This document shows, piece after piece, positions 29,083-36,037 of a stretch of DNA of 64,000 bases. A program made the position numbers and the translations under genes. The DNA lies in assembly GCA_044440125.1 (NCBI GenBank), contig JBITAJ010000022.1, positions 288,001 through 352,000 of the forward strand, read 5' to 3'. Position 1 is the stretch's first letter; each line of letters starts with the position of its first letter. The notes below the pieces were generated by a model, which was not told where the DNA came from, ran no database searches, and worked only from the letters and a program-made list of their open reading frames with translations. This DNA is from Sedimentisphaeraceae bacterium JB056. Lineage in GTDB: Bacteria > Planctomycetota > Phycisphaerae > Sedimentisphaerales > Sedimentisphaeraceae.

Positions 29083-30405
29083 TTAATATACTAATTTTCT
29101 AAAATCTTCTATTTTATGAAAAGTTGCTATGTTTCCATTATGAGCATCTTTGGATTCCAAATCACCGGAACGACTCATTATCAACAGATCATCATCATTG
29201 ATAACCATCTGACAATAATGCCTTGAGCTGCGTTCTGAAGGCCCTATAGCGACAACGCCCGCAAAGCACCAGTCAACCATATTCTTTGAAAAATGCAATA
29301 CAAGTCTACGGCGTTCATTGTCTGAAAGACAGTATCTGTCAGCAGGAAGCTTATCCAGTCTGGTCATACTGTCAGTAGCCTGTGTACTAACCATCCAATA
29401 CAGCTTCGTCTTTTCATCATAAACCACACTGAATTTCATCTGCCCGCCAGGAAGTGGAACATACAGATGATTCTTGCCCGAAGGAGTCTTTTGAAGCATA
29501 GTTTTTATACTTCCATCTTTCTGCTCGACTGCCTTAATCACACAGGCAAGATTTGTAACACCGGTATGCGCACGCAGGAAAATGTGAAAGGTATTTCCTG
29601 AAGGATCATACCAATAATGTTTAGGATCAACTATCTGAACAACGTTAGCCTCAAGCCAACCCGTCGGATGAAAACTCGAACCGCCTCTTAACCTTCTTTT
29701 TACTTCAGGATAAAACCCATCATAAAACGGAACGCCAAACCATTGAAGTTCTTTATCATCAACAACATCGGAGTAAACCATCTCTGAGGCAAATGTCCAG
29801 TTTTCTCTCTTCTTCAAATCTTTATTAACATCACCTCTAAGCAATACAGGAGCAAGCTCACTTACCGTCCAACCGCCTTTCATATCATGCTTGGCATGTT
29901 TCTCCATTACAAGATAAACGTAATTGTCCTTATACCATACGTTGGTAGCTGAACCATGCCATTTTTCCTTATCAGTTAAAGAAGCTGTCTCAGACCATGT
30001 ATCACCCCAGTCGTCAGAGGATATAACTTTAAGATTGCCGCTATGGCCAAGTATATAAAGTTTATTACCGGCAACAAACGGGCGAAAATGTGCCATTGAA
30101 AAATTGTACCGATAAGTCCAATTTTCACCATCATCGTCGCTTGTATAAACAAACCCTCTTCCGCTGCCTTTCTGAGCTTTATAACCTTTGCTGCCTGAGC
30201 CACCAAGACTGAAACATCCTATCAGTCTTCCATTCGGACAAACCGCGATCCCCGGATCATAGATATATGTATTCTTAGGGTTTTCCGTCTTATACAATAT
30301 CTTGCAGTCATTCGCCAATGGCTTTATTTTGCGGCAATCGTCAACCTTCCCCGCAAAACACAGACTGCAAACACAAACCAACGATATTATCTGGAATAAT
30401 TTCAA
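29083..30405 (-). CDS. Secreted Asp-box (sialidase-like) beta-propeller protein, paralog 2
   Basis: Same motifs; TTG start at 30405 preceded by AAGGAG. Confidence 0.78.
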   Translation of the reverse strand: MKLFQIISLVCVCSLCFAGKVDDCRKIKPLANDCKILYKTENPKNTYIYDPGIAVCPNGRLIGCFSLGGSGSKGYKAQKGSGRGFVYTSDDDGENWTYRYNFSMAHFRPFVAGNKLYILGHSGNLKVISSDDWGDTWSETASLTDKEKWHGSATNVWYKDNYVYLVMEKHAKHDMKGGWTVSELAPVLLRGDVNKDLKKRENWTFASEMVYSDVVDDKELQWFGVPFYDGFYPEVKRRLRGGSSFHPTGWLEANVVQIVDPKHYWYDPSGNTFHIFLRAHTGVTNLACVIKAVEQKDGSIKTMLQKTPSGKNHLYVPLPGGQMKFSVVYDEKTKLYWMVSTQATDSMTRLDKLPADRYCLSDNERRRLVLHFSKNMVDWCFAGVVAIGPSERSSRHYCQMVINDDDLLIMSRSGDLESKDAHNGNIATFHKIEDFRKLVY

Positions 30406-30418
30406 TTCTCTCTCCTTA

Positions 30419-31732
30419 TTAATAAACCAATTCTCTAAAATCATTCACTTTATGGAACGTTACTATATTTCCGTTATGCGCATCCTTGGCTTCAAGATCA
30501 CCCGAACGGCTCATTATAAGCAAATCGTTATCCTTAATCACCATCTGGCAATAATGTCTTGAACTTCGCTCCGACGGCCCTATAGCCACAACACCGGCAA
30601 AACACCAGTCAAGCATATTTTTTGAAAAATGAAGTACAAGTCTGCGGCGTTCATTATCCGCTACATGAAAACGATCTTCCGGCAAAAGTTCTGCCCTTGT
30701 CATACTGTCGGTAGACTGCGTGCCGACCATCCAGTAGAGCTTTGTCTTTTCATCATAAACAACACTGAACTTCATATGCCCGCCGGGGAACGGAATATAA
30801 AAATGTTTTTTACCTGAAGGAGCTTCTACAAAATCAGTTGTTATACTGCCGTCTTCCTGCTCAACCGCTTTTATTACACATCCAAGATTTGTAACACCTG
30901 TATTAGTACGCATAAAGATATGAAAGGTCTTACCGCTTGGGTCATACCAGTAATGCTTAGGATCGGTTATCTGAACAACATTAGCCTCAAGCCATCCAAG
31001 AGGATAAACAACACTTCTTTTACTCATGCGTTTTCTTTCAGGATAAAAACTTGGGTAAAAAGGAGCACCAAACCATTCCAGCTCTTTATCATCTATCACA
31101 TCATGATAAACCATCTCAGAAGAAAAAGTCCAGTTCTCTCTTTTTGTCAAATCCTTATTCACATCACCACGCATCAATACAGGTGCAAGCTCTGCAACTC
31201 GCCAGCCGCCCTTCATCTCTGCAGGCTCATCCCGTTCCATCACCATATAAATATAGTTATCTTTATACCATACATTTGTTGCCGAACCATGCCACACTTG
31301 TTTTTCAGTAAGTTTTGTCGTTTCTGACCAGTTATCACCCCAATCATCAGACGATAAAACCTTCAAATCATCTTTATGCCCTACAATGTAAAGCTTATTG
31401 CCGGCAACAAACGGGCGAAAATGCCACATATTAAAATTGAACTTATAATCCCAATTCTCACCATTATCATCAGATGTGTATATAAAGGCATTGCCAGAAC
31501 CCTTTTCCGCCTGATATTTTTCACCGCCTGAACCGCCAAGACTGAAACAACCTATAAGCCTGCCATTTGGGCAAACCGCTATAGCCGGATCGTAAATATA
31601 TGTAGTTTGAGGATTTTCAGTTTTATACAACACCTTGCAATCATTTGCCAACGGCTCTATGCCTCGGCTATATGAATCGGTTATTGACATAAATATACTC
31701 AACATTGAAAATATTAAGAGATATGATTTCAT
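30419..31732 (-). CDS. Secreted Asp-box (sialidase-like) beta-propeller protein, paralog 1
   Basis: Signal peptide; TSDDNGENW; GWLEANVV; HNGNIVTFH. Confidence 0.8.
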   Translation of the reverse strand: MKSYLLIFSMLSIFMSITDSYSRGIEPLANDCKVLYKTENPQTTYIYDPAIAVCPNGRLIGCFSLGGSGGEKYQAEKGSGNAFIYTSDDNGENWDYKFNFNMWHFRPFVAGNKLYIVGHKDDLKVLSSDDWGDNWSETTKLTEKQVWHGSATNVWYKDNYIYMVMERDEPAEMKGGWRVAELAPVLMRGDVNKDLTKRENWTFSSEMVYHDVIDDKELEWFGAPFYPSFYPERKRMSKRSVVYPLGWLEANVVQITDPKHYWYDPSGKTFHIFMRTNTGVTNLGCVIKAVEQEDGSITTDFVEAPSGKKHFYIPFPGGHMKFSVVYDEKTKLYWMVGTQSTDSMTRAELLPEDRFHVADNERRRLVLHFSKNMLDWCFAGVVAIGPSERSSRHYCQMVIKDNDLLIMSRSGDLEAKDAHNGNIVTFHKVNDFRELVY

Positions 31733-31779
31733 AGGACAATCCTTTACAACATCCTTATAAAAAACACTTGCAAATGGTA

Positions 31780-32613
31780 TTAATACTTTGGCAACAGCAT
31801 AGAACCGGAATTACGATCCTGGTCAGAAGGTAGATTAACCTCAACTAATTTCTCGTCATCTCCATCATATTTAGCCACAGACCCGTCAGTTAAAGCGTAC
31901 ACGGCATTAGTCTGCTGACGTAAATTTTTATCAGCAACATTATACTGTTCGTACATGCTGCCTATCCATTTAGTGCTTGGGCCTTCATAGTCTGAAAATT
32001 GATATGCAATTCCAAGCTCCGCACCATGATTGATGCGATAATGCTTCATAGAAAATGAATAATAGAGCTTATCACAAGCAAGAACATTGAATCTTTTCCC
32101 TTCATACATCCACTTTTGACTGGTTTTAGTCCATCTTGCGCCCCAAACTTTATCAGTCGTCCTGTTTCGCATATATCCCATAACAAATTGATAACCGCCA
32201 TAAATCCTGCAACTGTTCAGAGGCACTCTATCTATATTGTAATCCAATTCTTTAACCATAGGACAGTTAAAGAATTTCATATCAGGAATATAAGAAGTCC
32301 AGCATTCTCTGGTGTCAACACCCGTTGTATTAGCAATCATATCAGGCCATGATGCCAACGGTGCATCATCGCCAACAGGCAACGCTTCACCGCCATTTTC
32401 GGTATAATGAAAAGGAAGACGCTCATTACTATTTTCGTAAGATAACGCTGCTATTGACATTTGATGTGAATTTGATGCACATATAACTTCTTTAGCCTGT
32501 TTTCTTGCTTTTTGAAGTGCGGGCATTAAAACTGCCATAAGTATTGCAATAATAGAAATGACCACCAAAAGTTCAATTAAAGTAAAGCCTCGCCTTTGAT
32601 GTAAATTCAACAT
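31780..32613 (-). CDS. Prepilin-type N-terminal cleavage/methylation protein (DUF1559-like pseudopilin)
   Basis: RRG|FTLIELLVVISIIAILMAVLMPALQKAR; FNCP; C-terminal N..Y..TDGSV (degenerate H-X9-DG). Confidence 0.88.
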   Translation of the reverse strand: MLNLHQRRGFTLIELLVVISIIAILMAVLMPALQKARKQAKEVICASNSHQMSIAALSYENSNERLPFHYTENGGEALPVGDDAPLASWPDMIANTTGVDTRECWTSYIPDMKFFNCPMVKELDYNIDRVPLNSCRIYGGYQFVMGYMRNRTTDKVWGARWTKTSQKWMYEGKRFNVLACDKLYYSFSMKHYRINHGAELGIAYQFSDYEGPSTKWIGSMYEQYNVADKNLRQQTNAVYALTDGSVAKYDGDDEKLVEVNLPSDQDRNSGSMLLPKY

Positions 32614-32691
32614 ATTAGCTCCTTTTTATTCACAAGATCAAAACCTTAAAAAACACCTAATCCCTTTATTAGGAGTAAACCATATAATCGT

Positions 32692-32752
32692 ATAGTAACA
32701 CTAAAACGCCAAAATAAAACGCCAATTCGTCCGACGCCACCGCCATTTTCGT
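32692..32752 (-). promoter_or_regulatory. Putative activator-dependent promoter with direct repeats
   Basis: Extended -10 TGTTACTAT, no consensus -35; CGCCA repeats at 32707, 32720, 32735 and 32741. Confidence 0.45.
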
Positions 32753-32865
32753 TTTTTCCTGATATCATTTTGCTTAATTTTGCTTGAAAATTACTCTAAA
32801 AAACCATATCTTTTAAGATATTGACTGACAAATAACTCTTTTTATTGTTTTGAAAATACAAAAAC

Positions 32866-34080
32866 ATGTATCAGAATACTAAACGAATCGTATTTCTATA
32901 CTCACCTGAAGAAGATTGGGGCTTGTGGGAAGGTTTTGCCGAATATGCAGCATTGCATGAACACTGGCTGCTTTACAATCCTCTTTCATTTCAATTTAAT
33001 GCAAATGATACAGAAGTCTATAATTGGCTAAAAAAATTCAAGCCTGATGGACTGATTGTACCTAATTCAAGGGAGAATCTGGATCAAATCTTAGATCTAA
33101 ATATCCCGATGGTACTGCACCGCAATCTTAATAAAAAGACGGGGAAATGGCCCGTAATTCTCGGCAACGGTAAGAAAATAGGAGAAATGGCAGCAACTCA
33201 TCTCTTACGGCTTGGATTTCACAATTTCGGATGCTATGTTTACGGCAATCATATCCCAATGCAGGAAAGAGCCGAAAGCTTTGCAAATACAGTACAAAAA
33301 GCAGGCTTCACCGTAAATGATTTTAACGGTTCAGAATTTGAAGTATGCAACTTCCATAAATCAAGACCTGAAAACTTGAGTTTATGGAATAAAGAGCTCA
33401 ACCTTCTTGCTGATTGGCTCCGATCTCTCCCAAAGCCAATAGCAATAATGGCCGGTGATGATATACTCAGTGTGAACATATTGATGGCATGCAGAATAGC
33501 AAATTTGCTTATTCCACAACAAGTAGCTGTAATTGGTATAAACAACACTAAAACCATATGCGAAACGCAGATACCTAAACTTTCAAGCATCGCCTTAGGT
33601 TATCATAAAGCCGGTTACGAAGCAGCAAAACTGCTTGACGACCTCATTGATGGCAAACAGAAAGCTGAAAATCAAATAATATACATAGAACCAACCAATG
33701 TTATCAGAAGAAATTCAAGCGATTATCTTGCTATAAATGATCCTGATGTCGCAAAAGCAATGAATTTTATCCATCAGAGTTCTGTAAAACTGATTCAGGT
33801 AACAGATGTTGTTGAGCAAACTAATCTTTCGCAAACAGTTTTACAGAAAAGGTTTAAGAAAGCTATCGGATGCACGATTTCTCAGGAAATCAAACGTGTA
33901 TGCACCGACAAAATAGCTGAATTACTGCTTAATTCGACACTAACTGTCTCAGAGATAGCTTTACTGGTAGGATTTTCAGACCCTGATCACATATCAAGAT
34001 ATTTCCGTAAGATGAAGGGAATGACGCCTTCTGACTATCGAAAAAAATACGTAACTCAATCTCAAAACTTTGATAAATAA
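32866..34080 (+). CDS. XylR-type regulator (periplasmic-binding-fold sensor + AraC HTH)
   Basis: WLRSLPKPIAIMAGDD, PQQVAVIG, LSSI; C-terminal SEIALLVGFSD...SRYFRKMKGMTPSDYR. Confidence 0.92.
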   Translation: MYQNTKRIVFLYSPEEDWGLWEGFAEYAALHEHWLLYNPLSFQFNANDTEVYNWLKKFKPDGLIVPNSRENLDQILDLNIPMVLHRNLNKKTGKWPVILGNGKKIGEMAATHLLRLGFHNFGCYVYGNHIPMQERAESFANTVQKAGFTVNDFNGSEFEVCNFHKSRPENLSLWNKELNLLADWLRSLPKPIAIMAGDDILSVNILMACRIANLLIPQQVAVIGINNTKTICETQIPKLSSIALGYHKAGYEAAKLLDDLIDGKQKAENQIIYIEPTNVIRRNSSDYLAINDPDVAKAMNFIHQSSVKLIQVTDVVEQTNLSQTVLQKRFKKAIGCTISQEIKRVCTDKIAELLLNSTLTVSEIALLVGFSDPDHISRYFRKMKGMTPSDYRKKYVTQSQNFDK

Positions 34081-34092
34081 TACTAAAGACTA

Positions 34093-35307
34093 ATGCATCA
34101 AAATAACAAGAGAATAGTTTTTCTATACTCACCAGAAGAGGGCAGCGGCTTATGGAAAGGGTTTGCCGAATATGCCTCACTTCATGATAGCTGGCAACTA
34201 TATAACCCCCTTTTATTTCATTTTGATGCTGATGACGATCAGGTCTTTGACTGGTTAGTTAATCTTAAACCTGACGGCCTCATAGTACCAAACTCAAGGG
34301 AGAATTTTCATAAGATATTAGCACTGAATATTCCAACAATAGAGCACCGAAATCAAAACAAACATACCGGTAAACTGCCTGTCATTTTAGGTAATGGCAA
34401 TAAAATCGGAAAAACAGCCGCATCACACTTTCTCAGGCTGGGCTTCCAGTATTTTGGCTGCTATGTATACAAAAGTCACATTCCCATGCTTGAAAGAGCC
34501 GATGGGTTCACTAATGCAATAAATGAGGCGGGATTCGAAGTAAACGACTTCAATAAATCAAAGTTTGATATAAGCGGTTTCTATAAATCCAAACCGGGTA
34601 AATTAAGTTTATGGAATAAGGAACTTAGTCTCCTCGCTGATTGGCTGCGGTCTCTGCCTAAGCCAATAGCAATAATGGCAGGAGATGACACACTAAGCGT
34701 CAACGTATTGGTAGCATGTAAAATTGCGGATTTACTCGTTCCTCAGGATGTTGCCATCATAGGTATTGATAACGACAAAACAATATGCGAAACACAGATT
34801 CCAAAACTATCAAGTATTGGGCTCAGCTATCATAAAGCCGGCTATGACGCCGCAAAATTGCTTAATGACCTTATAAACGGTACACAAAAGGCTGAAAACC
34901 AGAAAATATACATAGAACCAACAACGGTTGTTAAACGAAATTCCAGCGATTATTTTGCAATTAATGATCAGGATGTTGCCAAAGCCATTAATTTTATACA
35001 CCAGAGTCCCTCCAGACTTATCCAGGTCGATGATGTCCTGCAGCAGACAAATATTTCACAAACCATCCTTCAGAAACGATTCAAAAAGGCTATAGGATGC
35101 ACTATATCACAGGAAATAAAGAGAGTATGTACTGATAAAATAGCCGATCTGCTGCTCAACTCAACAATGACTGTTTCGGAAATCGCTTCGCTGGTAGGTT
35201 TTTCTGATTCAGATCACATATCAAGATATTTCCGAAAGATGAAGGGAATGACGCCTTCTGACTATCGAAAAAAATACGTAACTCAACATCAAAACTTTGA
35301 TAAATAA
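34093..35307 (+). CDS. XylR-type regulator, tandem paralog
   Basis: Same length (404 aa) and colinear with the upstream copy. Confidence 0.92.
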   Translation: MHQNNKRIVFLYSPEEGSGLWKGFAEYASLHDSWQLYNPLLFHFDADDDQVFDWLVNLKPDGLIVPNSRENFHKILALNIPTIEHRNQNKHTGKLPVILGNGNKIGKTAASHFLRLGFQYFGCYVYKSHIPMLERADGFTNAINEAGFEVNDFNKSKFDISGFYKSKPGKLSLWNKELSLLADWLRSLPKPIAIMAGDDTLSVNVLVACKIADLLVPQDVAIIGIDNDKTICETQIPKLSSIGLSYHKAGYDAAKLLNDLINGTQKAENQKIYIEPTTVVKRNSSDYFAINDQDVAKAINFIHQSPSRLIQVDDVLQQTNISQTILQKRFKKAIGCTISQEIKRVCTDKIADLLLNSTMTVSEIASLVGFSDSDHISRYFRKMKGMTPSDYRKKYVTQHQNFDK

Positions 35308-35324
35308 CACTAAAATAAAGACTA

Positions 35325-35427
35325 ATGCGTCAGAATAGCAAGAGAATAGTTTTTCTATACTCACCGAAAGAAGACAGCGGCTTATGGGAAGGGTTTGTCG
35401 AATATGCCTCACTTCATGATAGCTGGC
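35325..35427 (+). pseudogene. 5' fragment of a third XylR-type regulator copy
   Basis: Translates MRQNSKRIVFLYSPKEDSGLWEGFVEYASLHDSW, matching copy 2, then switches abruptly to IS sequence. Confidence 0.85.
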
Positions 35428-35428
35428 G

Positions 35429-35582
35429 ATTGACTATCTCAGAACTCAGTTAGAAATACTTCTTGAAAAGCAACAAAACAGAATAAACGAATCTGTTTAA
35501 GCTTCAACCTAACGGCAAGTATATGCATCAAGCCGCACGTATACTTACTGATTTCGAAGATGAATTTCTAAGCGGCAAGAGA
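35429..35582 (+). mobile_element. Second fragmentary copy of the same IS transposase
   Basis: 35429-35498 aligns with 6803-6873 (IDYLRTQLEILL vs IGYLRTQVEVLL), then KLQPNGKYMHQAARILTDFEDEFLSGKR, resembling the integrase core; AAGCT(C/T)CAACCT is shared with 6930-6941. Confidence 0.72.
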
Positions 35583-35642
35583 ATTTCAAGACGAAGTTTT
35601 TGACAAATTGACGAACTATGGGTATTAAAAACTTAAAAAACA

Positions 35643-35683
35643 AAGAGCCTCAAAATCGCTAAAACAAGCAATTTCAAGGCTTT
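35643..35683 (-). terminator. Hairpin immediately 3' of the tRNA fragment
   Basis: Minus strand AAAGCCTTGAAATTGC...GCGATTTTGAGGCTCTTT imperfect stem. Confidence 0.45.
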
Positions 35684-35690
35684 AGTTAAA

Positions 35691-35735
35691 CACACCCGCC
35701 AAGATTCGAACTTGGGACCTACGGACTAGAAATCC
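35691..35735 (-). mobile_element. 3' half of tRNA-Arg(TCT); probable att-site duplication of a tRNA-integrated island
   Basis: GGATTTCTAGTCCGTAGGTCCCAAGTTCGAATCTTGGCGGGTGTG: anticodon loop TCT, intact T arm CCAAG-TTCGAAT-CTTGG, acceptor 3' strand; D arm and 5' half absent. Confidence 0.8.
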
Positions 35736-35922
35736 ATTAATCGTATTATAAGCACTTATATGCCAATAACTTAAAACGCATTTTTGAGCAAGAAATAAGG
35801 ATTACAAGTAAATAACAAGTAGAGACAAACAAAACTGACAAGTCAGTATCCACTGCAAACTGACGAACTTTTTAACGAACTCTTGAGGCGATGCAATTCA
35901 ACAGACATTTACAGTTTAAAAC

Positions 35923-35972
35923 TTGATTTATTTTGAAATTGAGGTTATATTAAACAAAGCTGGAACGCTCCG
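35923..35972 (+). promoter_or_regulatory. Sigma70 promoter with LacI-type operator
   Basis: TTGATT-17 bp-TATATT (35923-35951), then TGGAACGCTCCG (35961-35972). Confidence 0.6.
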
Positions 35973-36037
35973 GTTTCTGGCGAATTTAATAATAGACAAG
36001 AGCAAGACTTCAAGTACTAAAAAGGGGGAAATACTCC

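Noticed and set aside
35691..35735. Functional tRNA-Arg gene
   Set aside because: The 5' acceptor strand and D arm are missing; only the 3' half is present.
35604..35869. CAAA(T/C)TGACGAACT near-direct repeat flanking the tRNA fragment
   Set aside because: 13/14 match in AT-rich DNA with no element logic I can support; possibly chance.
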